Numbered from the stretch's first letter, positions 49,302-59,238 are shown. The stretch is 64,000 nucleotides of DNA from Janthinobacterium lividum (GCA_050954845.1 JBPBQK010000039.1:37783-101782), one strand, 5' to 3'. A program made the numbers and translations. The notes: generated by a model from the sequence alone, not told the origin.

Positions 49302-50285
49302 GTGCGACCCGCGCCGGTCGATGTGCTGGCCGTGGCCCGCCAGGTGCTGCTGACCGAAGCCGACGCCCTGCGCGACGTGGCCGCGGCCGTGGCCGCCACC
49401 CCCGATTTTGGCCGCTGCGTGGCGGCGTTGCTTGAGCTGAAAGGCCGGGTGGTGGTGACGGGCGTTGGCAAAAGCGCCCATATCGCGGCCAAACTGGTGG
49501 CTACCTTCAACAGCACCGGCACGCCCGCGCTATTTATGCACGCCGCCGATGCCATCCACGGCGACCTGGGCATGATTCAGGCCGAGGATTTTGTGATTGC
49601 CATCAGCAAGAGCGGCGACACGCCCGAAATAAAAGTGCTGGTGCCGCTGCTGCGCCGTAAAGGCGTGCCCATAGCCGCCCTCGTGAGCAACGCCGACTCA
49701 TACCTGGCCCAGCAGGCTGCGTATGTGCTGCACGCCCCCGTGCAGCGCGAGGCCTGCCCCCACGACCTGGCCCCCACTACCAGTACCACGGCTGCCATGG
49801 CCCTGGGCGATGCCCTAGCCGTGTGCCTGCTCGAAAGCCGCCAGTTTTCGGCCCAGGATTTTGCCCGCCTGCACCCCGGCGGCACGCTGGGTAAAAAGCT
49901 TTACCTGACTGTGGGCGACCTCAGCCGCCAAAACCAGCGCCCCCAAGTGCGCCCCGATGCGCACCTACGCGAGGTGCTGCTCGAAATATCGGGCAAGCGC
50001 CTCGGGGCCACGGCCGTGCTCGATGCGGCGGGCCAGCTGGCTGGCATCATCACCGACGGCGACCTGCGCCGCATGCTAAGCCGCGGCCATTTGTCGGAGC
50101 TGGACACCCTGACGGCGAAGGACATTCTGACGCCCCAGCCCGCCACTATTGCGCAGCAAGAGTTTGCCGTGGAGGCTTTGCGCCGCATGCAAGAGCGCAA
50201 CATTACCCAGCTGATAGTATTGGATGAGGGGCAGTTCGCTGGTTTCATCCACTTGCACGACTTGCTGCGCGAAGGCCTAGTGTAA
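49302..50285 (+). CDS. KpsF/GutQ-family sugar-phosphate isomerase (SIS + 2 CBS; arabinose-5-P isomerase-like)
   Basis: GVGKSAHIA, HGDLG, SKSGDT, APTTST, HPGG.LG, DGDLRR. Start uncertain. Confidence 0.92.
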   Translation: MRPAPVDVLAVARQVLLTEADALRDVAAAVAATPDFGRCVAALLELKGRVVVTGVGKSAHIAAKLVATFNSTGTPALFMHAADAIHGDLGMIQAEDFVIAISKSGDTPEIKVLVPLLRRKGVPIAALVSNADSYLAQQAAYVLHAPVQREACPHDLAPTTSTTAAMALGDALAVCLLESRQFSAQDFARLHPGGTLGKKLYLTVGDLSRQNQRPQVRPDAHLREVLLEISGKRLGATAVLDAAGQLAGIITDGDLRRMLSRGHLSELDTLTAKDILTPQPATIAQQEFAVEALRRMQERNITQLIVLDEGQFAGFIHLHDLLREGLV

Positions 50286-50338
50286 AAAACTTCCCTAACT
50301 TCACCGGCAACTGTTTGTCAACGCCCTAGCTTACTGCT

Positions 50339-51139
50339 TTGTCATCACCTGTTCTCTCGTTTCTGATTCCGGCCTATAATGAGTCGGCGCGGCTGGGCGC
50401 CACGCTCGGCCAAGTGCTGGCTTACCTGCGGGCTCAGCCTTTCGCCAGCGAATTGATAATAATCGACGATGGCTCGACCGACAACACGGTGGCCGTGGCG
50501 CAGGAGTATTTTGCTACGCACCAAGGCCGGGTGGCTACGCAGGTGCTGAGCTACACTCCCAACCGCGGCAAGGGCTACGCCGTGCGGCAGGGTCTGCTGG
50601 CCGCCCGCGGGGCCGTGGCCATCTTTTCGGATGCCGACTTATCGACGCCCATCGAAGAAGTGCCCCTAGTGCTGGAGCCCATTCTGGATGGCCATTACGA
50701 CGTGGTTTTTGGTTCGCGGGCCCTCGACAATAGCCTCATTGGCCAGCACCAGCCGTGGCTGCGCGAGCAAAGCGGCCGGTTTTTCAACCGCATGGTGCGC
50801 CTGGCCACAGGCATGCCCTACGCCGATACGCAGTGCGGCTTCAAGGCTTTTCGCCTCGATATGTGCCGCCCGGTAGTAGAAGGGGCCAAGCTCGACCGCT
50901 TTGGCTTTGATGTCGAATTGCTGTTTCTGGCGCACCGGGCCGGCCTGCGCCTGCGCGAGCAAGCCGTGCGCTGGAATGATGCGGCGGGCAGCAAAGTGAG
51001 TATGCTAGGCGGCCTGCACGGCTTCCGCGAATTGTGGGCGCTGCGCCAGCACTACCGGCGTGGGCATTACGCCGCTGCTCTGGCGCGCACCCAGGTCGTA
51101 GCTACCAACCGAGCGCAATTGCCCAAAGTGACCGTTTAG
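50339..51139 (+). CDS. GT2 glycosyltransferase (dolichyl-phosphate glucosyltransferase-like)
   Basis: IPAYNE, DDGSTD, NRGKG, DADLS, DTQCGFK. Confidence 0.9.
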   Translation: MSSPVLSFLIPAYNESARLGATLGQVLAYLRAQPFASELIIIDDGSTDNTVAVAQEYFATHQGRVATQVLSYTPNRGKGYAVRQGLLAARGAVAIFSDADLSTPIEEVPLVLEPILDGHYDVVFGSRALDNSLIGQHQPWLREQSGRFFNRMVRLATGMPYADTQCGFKAFRLDMCRPVVEGAKLDRFGFDVELLFLAHRAGLRLREQAVRWNDAAGSKVSMLGGLHGFRELWALRQHYRRGHYAAALARTQVVATNRAQLPKVTV

Positions 51140-51214
51140 CTCATCCGCCCTGCCTGCCAATTACTAGCCAGGCAGGCCGTTACTTTGTATTGCTATTAAA
51201 CTCAAAATTTCGCT

Positions 51215-52303
51215 ATGGAAAGCACTTACCTCGTCGTGATGGCGGGTGGCATTGGCAGCCGTTTCTGGCCGTTTAGCCGCACCCAGCACCCCAAGCAGTT
51301 TCATGATGTGCTGGGGGTGGGCCGCTCGATGCTTCAATTGACGGTAGACCGCTTCCGCGGCATTTGCCCCCCCGAAAACGTGTTTGTGGTGACCAACCGC
51401 GACTACGTAGAACTGGTGCACCAGCACCTGCCTGACCTGCCCGCCGACCAGATTCTGGGCGAGCCCATCGGGCGCAATACCGCGCCCTGCATTGCCTACG
51501 CCAGCTACCGCATAGCCCAGCGCGACCCGCAGGCCACTATCATCGTCTCGCCCGCCGACCATGCCGTGCTGCGCGAGGAGGAGTTCCGCCGCCTCATACG
51601 CGAGGCTGTGGCGGCGGCACGCCAGCACAATGTGCTCATTACTTTGGGCATTCAACCCTCGCGCCCCGACACGGGCTATGGCTACATTCAGTACATGGAT
51701 ACGGCGGGGCATCGCCTGCCCGATTCTAACTTGTACAAGGTGAAAACCTTCACCGAAAAACCTAATCCGGAGCTGGCGCGCATGTTCCTGGAAAGCGGCG
51801 ATTTCCTCTGGAATTCGGGGCTATTCGTGTGGCGGGCCGAAACCATCTTGCAGGCTTTCCGCCACCTGCTCAGCGACGTAGCCGAGGTGTTCGATGAAGG
51901 TCAAGAGCAGCTGGGTACCCCGCAGGAGGCCGCCTTTATTGACGAGGCCTATGCCCGCTGCCGCAACATCAGCATCGACTACGGCATCATGGAAAAGGCG
52001 GATAACGTGTACGTACTACCCGCCGATATTGGCTGGAGCGACCTAGGTACCTGGGATTCGCTGCACCGTGTGGGTCAGCAAGATGCCTCGCACAACGTGG
52101 TCGATGGCGACGTCATTCTCTACGATACCCAGGACTGCATCATCAAAACACCCCACGAGCGCCTAGTAGTAGTGCAGGGTCTGGAGGGCTACATCGTGGC
52201 CGAGCACGATAATGTGCTGCTCATCTGCCAGCGCTCGGAAGAGCAGCGGGTAAAAGACTTCGTAGCCGACGTGAAGGCGCGCAAGGGTACGGGCTACAAT
52301 TAA
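51215..52303 (+). CDS. mannose-1-phosphate guanylyltransferase
   Basis: MAGGIGSRFWP.SR...PKQF, EPIGRNTA, F.EKP, WNSG, WSDLGTW. Confidence 0.93.
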   Translation: MESTYLVVMAGGIGSRFWPFSRTQHPKQFHDVLGVGRSMLQLTVDRFRGICPPENVFVVTNRDYVELVHQHLPDLPADQILGEPIGRNTAPCIAYASYRIAQRDPQATIIVSPADHAVLREEEFRRLIREAVAAARQHNVLITLGIQPSRPDTGYGYIQYMDTAGHRLPDSNLYKVKTFTEKPNPELARMFLESGDFLWNSGLFVWRAETILQAFRHLLSDVAEVFDEGQEQLGTPQEAAFIDEAYARCRNISIDYGIMEKADNVYVLPADIGWSDLGTWDSLHRVGQQDASHNVVDGDVILYDTQDCIIKTPHERLVVVQGLEGYIVAEHDNVLLICQRSEEQRVKDFVADVKARKGTGYN

Positions 52304-52318
52304 CCGCGACTGGTAATC

Positions 52319-52372
52319 TGCTTTTAAACAAAGAAGGGCCGCTCTAGAGCGGCCCTTCTTTGTTTAAAAGCA
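52319..52372. terminator. 54-bp perfect palindrome, probable bidirectional terminator
   Basis: tgcttttaaacaaagaagggccgctct|agagcggcccttctttgtttaaaagca. Confidence 0.85.
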
Positions 52373-52376
52373 AATA

Positions 52377-52709
52377 TTAATTAAGTTTAGCTAATATTAA
52401 ATCCAGCTTGCTGCCAAATTCAGCCCGCATCTCAGTTACATCTGTCTTTATCATTGCCACGTCCGTTTTCAGCGTTGCCACGTCCGTTTTGAGTGTCGAT
52501 ACATCGGCTTTGAGCGTGGCTACATCGTCTTTGATGACGATATGCTCACGTAGCAAAAAGCTAATACTATCACTTTGCTGGACTAACAGCGTAGTGACGT
52601 TCGTAACGGCGCTGGTTAACTGCTTGAGTTGAGCGGTGTGGCGGTCCAGCACGGTTAGCGCTTCGGAAACTAGTAGCTCAAGCTGGTCGAGGCGTTGGTC
52701 GGCGGTCAT
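52377..52709 (-). CDS. coiled-coil protein with heptad repeats
   Basis: DVATLKA/DVSTLKT/DVATLKT/DVAMIKT/DVTEMRA; 21-bp DNA repeats. Confidence 0.8.
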   Translation of the reverse strand: MTADQRLDQLELLVSEALTVLDRHTAQLKQLTSAVTNVTTLLVQQSDSISFLLREHIVIKDDVATLKADVSTLKTDVATLKTDVAMIKTDVTEMRAEFGSKLDLILAKLN

Positions 52710-52753
52710 GTAAGCTGTTGATATAAAAAGGAGTCGAATATATAAACTGGTGG

Positions 52754-53773
52754 CTAGCTCCTGGCTTTGGCTACCTCAAACAGCATAATCCCAGCCGCTA
52801 CGCCCACGTTCAGGCTTTGAATCTGGCCGCTCATCGGGATGCGCAGGCGCTGGTCGCAGAGGCGCAGCAGGTCGGGCGAAATGCCGTCTTCCTCCGAGCC
52901 CATTAGCACGGCGATGGGGCCGTTGAGGACAGCGGGTGCCGATTGGCCGAGGTCGGCATCAGCCTTCTCGGTACAGGCGACTACGGTCAGGCCGCTATTT
53001 TTGAGAAATTGGATGGTTTGGTGCAAGTCGGCCTCGCGGCACACCGGCAAGATGTTGAGCGCGCCGGCCGAGGTTTTCACGGCATCGCCGTTGATTTGGG
53101 CGGCGCCGCGGGCGGGCACTACCAAGGCCTGCACGCCCAGGCATTCGGCGGTGCGGGCAATGGCCCCGAAGTTGCGCACGTCGGTCACGCGGTCGAGCAG
53201 CAGCAGGAAGGGTACTTTGCCTTCCTCAAACAAGCCGGCCAGCAGTGTATCGAGCGGGGCAAAGTCGATGGGCGACACGTAGGCCACCGCGCCCTGGTGA
53301 TTTTTGCGGGTCATGCCCTCCAGCTTTTCCAGCGGCACCAATGATACCGGCACGTTGGCCGCGCGAGCCAGGTCCGAAATATCCTGGGTCATGCTGTTCT
53401 TGGTGCCGCGCAGCAGGAAAATCTTGTCCAGCGTGCGGCCCGCGTTCAGCGCCTCCAAAATGGGGCGCAGGCCAAACAGCATGTCAATGCTACGGTCGGC
53501 GGCGGGGCGAGTGTTGTGCTGCTTATAAGGCGCATCGCCGCGCTCGCCGGCGGGCTTACGCTGCACCTGGCGGCCCTGCTCGTCGTAAAACGGGCGGTTG
53601 GGGCGCGGGCGATTGGCGCTGCCGTCGCCGGCCGGGCGGCGGTCGTCGGGGCGGGGCGCATCGCGGTTTTCGCGGCGCTCGGGGCGGCTGTCGCCCGCGC
53701 CTTCGCGGAAGCGGCGCGGCACGTACTCGTCGTCAAATCCGCCGGTTAGCGAACGGTCATTGTCTTTCTCCAT
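52754..53773 (-). CDS. rlmB: 23S rRNA (guanosine(2251)-2'-O)-methyltransferase with a disordered N-terminal extension
   Basis: HQGAVA, DVRNFGAIART, MGSEEDG, SLNVGVA SPOUT motifs. Confidence 0.92.
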   Translation of the reverse strand: MEKDNDRSLTGGFDDEYVPRRFREGAGDSRPERRENRDAPRPDDRRPAGDGSANRPRPNRPFYDEQGRQVQRKPAGERGDAPYKQHNTRPAADRSIDMLFGLRPILEALNAGRTLDKIFLLRGTKNSMTQDISDLARAANVPVSLVPLEKLEGMTRKNHQGAVAYVSPIDFAPLDTLLAGLFEEGKVPFLLLLDRVTDVRNFGAIARTAECLGVQALVVPARGAAQINGDAVKTSAGALNILPVCREADLHQTIQFLKNSGLTVVACTEKADADLGQSAPAVLNGPIAVLMGSEEDGISPDLLRLCDQRLRIPMSGQIQSLNVGVAAGIMLFEVAKARS

Positions 53774-55068
53774 CGTTCTACGGCGGCATACCAGAGCGAT
53801 TCGTACTCGGGGTGGCGCACCAGTTCATAGTTATCAGGTGCTAAGGTACTAGGGCGGGGCCGGAAGGTGAATGCCGTCTCGCGGCCGCTGCGGTCGAGCT
53901 CGGTATAGACCCAGCGCTCCTCGCCGGTGGGCAGGCGGCGCACGCTGCCGGGCGCGCCCAGCACCACATACAGCAGGCCGCGGTCGGTGAGCCAGCCCGG
54001 CTTGTGGCCGGTAAACAGCTCGTTGGCTGTCGTCACGAGGCCATAGTAGCGGCGAATGAGGTCGCGAGCCCGCGCCTGGTCGCCGCCCGCGGCTTGCAGC
54101 CAAAACTGGTCCACGGCCCGCTTGGGCTCGGCAGATTGGCGCAATTGCTGGCGCTCGGCGGCCGTGGTGAGGTACAGCAGATTTTCGATGAGTTCCTCGG
54201 CCGTGCGCTGGCCGGGAAAGTCGCTGCGCGTGACGAGTAACGGCATAGTACGCACTGGCTCGCCGCCCATGCCACCTATGCGCAGCGCATACAGCCCTTG
54301 CTGCGGCAGCCGCAGCAGCTGATTAGGAGGCAGCGGCGCGGCCGACGAGTCGAGCACGCCCAGTTGGCGTGGCGCGGCTGGCTGGCGGCGCGGGTCGGCA
54401 AAGGGCGGCAGGGCCGCCACGCCAGACGCCGCGTAGCGCCGCCAGCGCACCGGCTGGGCCAGGCCAAAGCCCGCCACTACCACCGCCTCGCCGGCCCGCA
54501 CGTAGGAGCGCGTGAGTACCAGTCCCATCGAGTCGAGCAGCACAAAGGGGCGGGCCAAGCGCTCGGTAGTCAGCCGCAACCAAGCCGTGGTGGCCGGGTT
54601 TTGGTCGGCTCCCTGAGGCTGGTTGGTTAAAATGGATTCTTCAAGATTGGCCTGTAATACTGACCCGGCGGGCAGCTGGGCCACAGGCAGCGCCACCGTG
54701 AGCACCAGCGTGGCACTGGCCGGGTCGGCCCCTGGGTAAAGCCGCAGGCGCTTGGTGGTTTGCAGCAGCGGCTGCTTGGCATCGTAGGCAGGCCACACCG
54801 TGAGTTGAACAGTAGGAAAGGCCTGCCCGGCGGGGCCGCCCGGCCGGTTTACGAGCAGGCGCAGGCTGTCGGCCTCGCGGCGGGTTTCGAATAGCAGGCG
54901 GCTGGTGGCGGGCCGGTACAGGCCCGCAAAGTCGAGGCGCGGCGGCACCGGCGGCGCGGCGGCCGTGGCACTCAGCAGCAAGCTCAGTAGCACTAATAAT
55001 GCGCCGCCGTTGTTTAATTTGGACCTTGATTGACCGTACTGTTCTGCTTTCTTTAGTTTCCCACCCAT
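53746..55068 (-). CDS. GWxTD domain protein (start uncertain, probably downstream of 55068)
   Basis: 'KPGWLTDRGLLYVVLGAP' motif. Confidence 0.88.
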   Translation of the reverse strand: MGGKLKKAEQYGQSRSKLNNGGALLVLLSLLLSATAAAPPVPPRLDFAGLYRPATSRLLFETRREADSLRLLVNRPGGPAGQAFPTVQLTVWPAYDAKQPLLQTTKRLRLYPGADPASATLVLTVALPVAQLPAGSVLQANLEESILTNQPQGADQNPATTAWLRLTTERLARPFVLLDSMGLVLTRSYVRAGEAVVVAGFGLAQPVRWRRYAASGVAALPPFADPRRQPAAPRQLGVLDSSAAPLPPNQLLRLPQQGLYALRIGGMGGEPVRTMPLLVTRSDFPGQRTAEELIENLLYLTTAAERQQLRQSAEPKRAVDQFWLQAAGGDQARARDLIRRYYGLVTTANELFTGHKPGWLTDRGLLYVVLGAPGSVRRLPTGEERWVYTELDRSGRETAFTFRPRPSTLAPDNYELVRHPEYESLWYAAVERWRKTMTVR

Positions 55069-55348
55069 GAGTTTCCTGCTTGCGCTGCTGATATTTTCGC
55101 TCCTTGTACGCTATTTGCTGCCGGTGGTGCTGCGCGCAGTGCTCGGTAGCCTTGTGCGCCAGCAGGTGCGGAAGGCCCAGGAAGGCGGGTTTTATGCACC
55201 TACTAGTGGCCAGCAGCGGGCCTATACCCCACCGGCCGCCGCTCCCGGCCAGGTGCGCGTCGATTTCGTGCCGCCCAAAACCGCTAAGGTTGAGCAGAAG
55301 CCCGAATTTCGGGGTGGCGAGTATGTAGATTATGAAGAGGTCAAATAA
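55067..55348 (+). CDS. DUF4834-like small membrane protein
   Basis: N-terminal TM segment; C-terminal 'GGEYVDYEEVK'. Confidence 0.85.
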   Translation: MSFLLALLIFSLLVRYLLPVVLRAVLGSLVRQQVRKAQEGGFYAPTSGQQRAYTPPAAAPGQVRVDFVPPKTAKVEQKPEFRGGEYVDYEEVK

Positions 55349-55536
55349 CCGCAGATTCAAACGGATTAAACAGATTTAACGGATACGCCCGCCTGCGGCG
55401 GGCTGACTACTCGGGCGCAGAGCGGCCTTCGGCCAGCTTTTAAAGGAGCAGGCGAAGCCACTCCTACGTCCAAATAGTCAGCCCGCCGCAGGCGGGCGTA
55501 TCCGTTAAATCTGTTTAATCCGTTTGAATCTGCGGT
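55348..55536. repeat. MITE/REPIN-like element, copy 2
   Basis: Arms 55348-55409 and 55475-55536; same arms as at 46.6 kb, different interior. Confidence 0.9.
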
Positions 55537-55549
55537 CTGGATATGAGGT

Positions 55550-58222
55550 CTATATGCCCAGGCCGAGGCGGATGCCCGAGCCTACGTGCTCGCGGCTTTG
55601 CAGCGCTGTGTAAAAGTCAATGCGGCCGATTTTGAAAATGTGCTCGATGCCCGCGCCTAGCTCTAGGTAGGGGCCCGACTGGCTGGTTTGTAAGTAATTG
55701 AGCGAGAGAACTTCCTGCCATTTCAGGGCCTTCAGTAGCGGGATTTTATTGAAGATGAAGCCGTTGAAATGGTGGTTGAAGTGGCCTTCGAAGTAGCTGG
55801 CGCGGGTGCTGTACTGGTAATAATCGAGCAATTGAAAATCGCCGAAATTGCCGGTAAGAATGGTGCGATTACCCGAAAAATGGCGGTAATCGACAAACGT
55901 CAAATTAGCCGTGCTGCCCACGAAGCCGCCCAGCACCGCCTCGTAGGACGAGGTGCCCAGTAGACCCAGCTGAATGTTTTGGCGCACCGAGCCTTGCAGC
56001 AGCGTGTAGCGCACGTGCGTGCCCAGCGCGCCCACGCCCTGCCGTATCTGGGCGTTGAAGGTCGGGTACTTAGTGCCGAGGTTAAATTTGCCATCGGGCC
56101 GGGTAATGTATTGGGTGCCCGGCCGGTAGCTTACCGAGAGGTTGAGGGTAGCAGCGCGGCTGCGGCCGAAGCCCGTGCCATCGGGCAGCTCCTCGGCCTC
56201 GGGCTGGTTGGAAGTGAAGGCGCGGCCCTTCACATCATTCCATAAGTAGGTGCTGGTATTTTCGAGCTCGTGGCGGTCGAAGTAGCTGGCCGCGCCGCGC
56301 ACGGTGAGGCCATTCACCGGCTCCCAGAAGTAGCTGAGTTCGGCCCCGTCGCGGCGGTAGAGCTTGGCGTAGTTGCGGTTGGCCAGCAGCGAGTATACTG
56401 AGTTGATGAAGGGTGTGAGCTGCGAGTTGCGGTCAAAATTTTCGATGGTGCGGCCCGCTACCAGGCCCACCTGGCGCAGCTTCACCGGGTCGAGCTGCCA
56501 GTTCACGGTTAGGCTGGGTTGCAGCTGCTCGTTTTGGAAACCGTAGCGCAGCGTGGGCGTCAGGGTCACGAAGCGGCGGTCGTCGGTGCGCTGGGAGTAA
56601 GTGGCCTGGGCATTCAGCACGTAGCCCTCCACGGTGTTGTATTGCAGCTCATTGAAAATGGGCTGCACCGATAAGCTGCTTTTGGCGAAGGTATTGCGGT
56701 GAGTGTAGCCGCTCAGTAGCAGCTTGCTGGGCGTGAACTCGTTGCGCTTGCGGTCGAGCGAATCCTGGTAGGGGCGCGAGTTACGGATTACTTCCGAGCT
56801 GTCCTTTTTGTGGTAGTCGAGCTTTTCTTCCTCCGTCAGGGGTACCGGCCGTATCTGGGTCCAGTACGAGCTGTCGCGCTCGTTCACGCCTTTTTCGACC
56901 AGCATCACCTCGCCGGTTTTCATCTGGGCAAATGGGTCATTGCGGATAGAATCGCGCCGCGCCTGCTTCACCTGGCGGCGCACTTGCCGGTTCAGGCCCG
57001 CGAGGTCGGGCTTCTGGCGCTTGATTTGGCGGGTCAGCTCCTTGGTCGTGACCGGGGCCACCACGGGCGGCGCGGCCGGTTGGGCGGCCGTGGCCGGGGT
57101 GGCCGCAGCGGGCGCTTTCTTCACCTCGGGCGGCGCGGGGTAGGTGGGGACCACGTGGTTGTAGTTCGACACAACCGCCGTGGCGTAGCCCGAGCCCTTA
57201 AAGCCAAAGGCCGAAAAATTGACGCTTAGCTTCTGCGATTGCAGCACCCACACGTGCGGCACGCCCGGTGCGGGGGCAAATAGCTGCTCGATGTGCAGGT
57301 CGTCGACATAGTCGAGCTGAGCATCCTTGGTAAGGCGCAAATCCACGGAGTGAATGCGCCACGAGCCGTCCACGATGTAGATGAAGCCGCTGAACACTGG
57401 GTCGGTGCGGCGGCGCGGAATGAGGCGAATCTTATGCACCAGCTCGCCGCCCTGCTGGGTAGTGCCCACCAGCTCGTACTGGTAAAAAAGAAACGAATTG
57501 CTGGCGATGGGCGACACAAAGCCACGCTGCGAAAAGCTGGGCTTCAAGACATTGTCATAAAAATTGAGTCCGCCCTGCGCCCGGTTGAAACTGATGCCCC
57601 GCGAGTCGCCGCTAACGCGGCTCGAAATCATGCGCTCCTTAATAGTATTAGGCTGGGTGAAGCGGATATCGGATAGGCTTTCTGATAGGTATAGGATGCC
57701 TGGCTTCACATCGGGCCCTACTTTAAAGAGGCCGAATACCTTGCTGGGCGTCTCGCTAAGGCGAATCAGGCTTTTGATATACATGCGGGCCTGAAACGTG
57801 GCCACCTCGCGCTGGTGGTAGGTGCGCCACTGCTGCGCCTGCTGGATGATGGCGTAGGCCGGGTCGCGGTCGGAGCCCCGCACAGTTACCTCAGTTAGGT
57901 TATACGACTCGGGGGCCAGCGCCACGTTGAGCACCACTGTAGAGTCGCCGGCCGGCACGCGCACGGCCTCGGTGCGCGGGCGGTAGCCCACGTACTGAAA
58001 CACCAGTTGGTACTGCCCGGCTGGCATCTTTAGTAGGTACTGGCCCTGGTCGTTGGAGCCGGTGCTGGCCGCCGTGCCACGCACCGCCACGTTGGCAAAG
58101 GCTAGGCCTTCATTGTTGGTGCCCGTCACCTTGCCCTTGATAATGCCCGCGTGGGCAGTGGGGGAGGCCGCCAGCCCGCCCAGCAGCGAAAGGAGTGAAA
58201 ATAAATACTTAAAAAAGCGCAT
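55550..58222 (-). CDS. carboxypeptidase-regulatory-like + DUF5686-type outer-membrane protein
   Basis: Signal peptide; 'GKVT...LAFANV...G...Y.L.FQYVGY'; 'FVSPIA...FYQY'; C-terminal barrel ending 'GIRLGLGI'. Confidence 0.85.
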   Translation of the reverse strand: MRFFKYLFSLLSLLGGLAASPTAHAGIIKGKVTGTNNEGLAFANVAVRGTAASTGSNDQGQYLLKMPAGQYQLVFQYVGYRPRTEAVRVPAGDSTVVLNVALAPESYNLTEVTVRGSDRDPAYAIIQQAQQWRTYHQREVATFQARMYIKSLIRLSETPSKVFGLFKVGPDVKPGILYLSESLSDIRFTQPNTIKERMISSRVSGDSRGISFNRAQGGLNFYDNVLKPSFSQRGFVSPIASNSFLFYQYELVGTTQQGGELVHKIRLIPRRRTDPVFSGFIYIVDGSWRIHSVDLRLTKDAQLDYVDDLHIEQLFAPAPGVPHVWVLQSQKLSVNFSAFGFKGSGYATAVVSNYNHVVPTYPAPPEVKKAPAAATPATAAQPAAPPVVAPVTTKELTRQIKRQKPDLAGLNRQVRRQVKQARRDSIRNDPFAQMKTGEVMLVEKGVNERDSSYWTQIRPVPLTEEEKLDYHKKDSSEVIRNSRPYQDSLDRKRNEFTPSKLLLSGYTHRNTFAKSSLSVQPIFNELQYNTVEGYVLNAQATYSQRTDDRRFVTLTPTLRYGFQNEQLQPSLTVNWQLDPVKLRQVGLVAGRTIENFDRNSQLTPFINSVYSLLANRNYAKLYRRDGAELSYFWEPVNGLTVRGAASYFDRHELENTSTYLWNDVKGRAFTSNQPEAEELPDGTGFGRSRAATLNLSVSYRPGTQYITRPDGKFNLGTKYPTFNAQIRQGVGALGTHVRYTLLQGSVRQNIQLGLLGTSSYEAVLGGFVGSTANLTFVDYRHFSGNRTILTGNFGDFQLLDYYQYSTRASYFEGHFNHHFNGFIFNKIPLLKALKWQEVLSLNYLQTSQSGPYLELGAGIEHIFKIGRIDFYTALQSREHVGSGIRLGLGI

Positions 58223-58305
58223 ACGCAAAAGCAAATCCGAAGCAATGGGCAAGATAGGGCGGCCCCTGCCATAGATGCTATCGCGTGCGAAAGGGTTGGC
58301 TGGCT

Positions 58306-59166
58306 TCAGGAAGGCTTGTGTTTGGCGGTGTACCACGCATTGAGGGCCACGCCCAGCAGCACTACGGCCATGCCGCCAAAGGCCAGCGGCTTTATTTTCT
58401 CATCAAAAAACCAGTAGCCCAGGGCCGCCGCGTACACCAACCCCAAGTAGTCGAGCGCCGCAATGCCGGCCGCCTGCTGGCCGCGCTGGTAGCTCTGCGT
58501 GACGCACCACAGCGCCGCCTGCGTGAGCAGACCCACGGCCGCTAGCCACGCCCACTCCAGCCCCCGCGGCTGGTGCCAGTCGAAGGCCGTCCAGAGGCCC
58601 GCTACCGGCAAGGTAACTAATTGAAAATAAAAGATAACTACCAGCGGATGCTCTTTCTGGCCCACGCGGCTATTAAAGACGTAGCTGAGGCCCGAGGTGG
58701 CAGCCGCGCCCAAACCCAGCGCCACGCCGGCCCAGCCCAGGCCATTCACACCCCGCGACACGACTACGCCGCCCAGCGAAATGGCAAAAAATAGCCACTG
58801 CCACTTCCGCACCGGCTGCCCCAGCAGCCAGATGCCCGCCACCGCCGTGAAAATCGGCCCCAGGTATTGCAGCGTCACGGCCGGGGCCAGCGGCAACTGC
58901 TTAATGGTGAGAAAGCCCAGAATCAGCGCCGCCGTGCCCATAATGCCACGCCAGATGAGGTCGGCCCGCTGCGGGGCGTGGCCCCAGGGCGAGGTGTGCG
59001 CGGCACGCACCATGGCCAGCGTGAGCAGCAGCGAGATAACTGACCGAAACAGAATGATTTCGACGGCTGGCAGGTCGGGCAGGTTTTTGAGGCAAACATT
59101 AACCAGCGCGAAGAGCAGCGTGGATGCCAGCATGTAGAAAACTGCGGGCAGGGAGGAATTTTTCAA
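58306..59166 (-). CDS. DMT/EamA-family transporter
   Basis: About 10 TM helices in two repeats; 'EIILFRS', 'LQYLGPIF'. TTG start at 59166 inferred. Confidence 0.88.
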   Translation of the reverse strand: MKNSSLPAVFYMLASTLLFALVNVCLKNLPDLPAVEIILFRSVISLLLTLAMVRAAHTSPWGHAPQRADLIWRGIMGTAALILGFLTIKQLPLAPAVTLQYLGPIFTAVAGIWLLGQPVRKWQWLFFAISLGGVVVSRGVNGLGWAGVALGLGAAATSGLSYVFNSRVGQKEHPLVVIFYFQLVTLPVAGLWTAFDWHQPRGLEWAWLAAVGLLTQAALWCVTQSYQRGQQAAGIAALDYLGLVYAAALGYWFFDEKIKPLAFGGMAVVLLGVALNAWYTAKHKPS

Positions 59167-59238
59167 CGAAAGCGGAGCAAGGCGTGTTCTACCCAACGCC
59201 GGGGGCCGAACTTCGTTGCCCGCCCGATTCCTCTTCCT

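Noticed and set aside
49302-52303. KpsF-GT2-mannose-1-P guanylyltransferase block as a novel polysaccharide locus
   Set aside because: Ordinary LPS and sugar-nucleotide housekeeping genes, with no polymerase, flippase or unusual enzymes.
55066-55069. Back-to-back overlapping start codons (CATG) for the GWxTD and DUF4834-like genes as a special regulatory arrangement
   Set aside because: The GWxTD start is more plausibly further downstream, near its hydrophobic signal segment; the overlap is probably an ORF-caller artefact.
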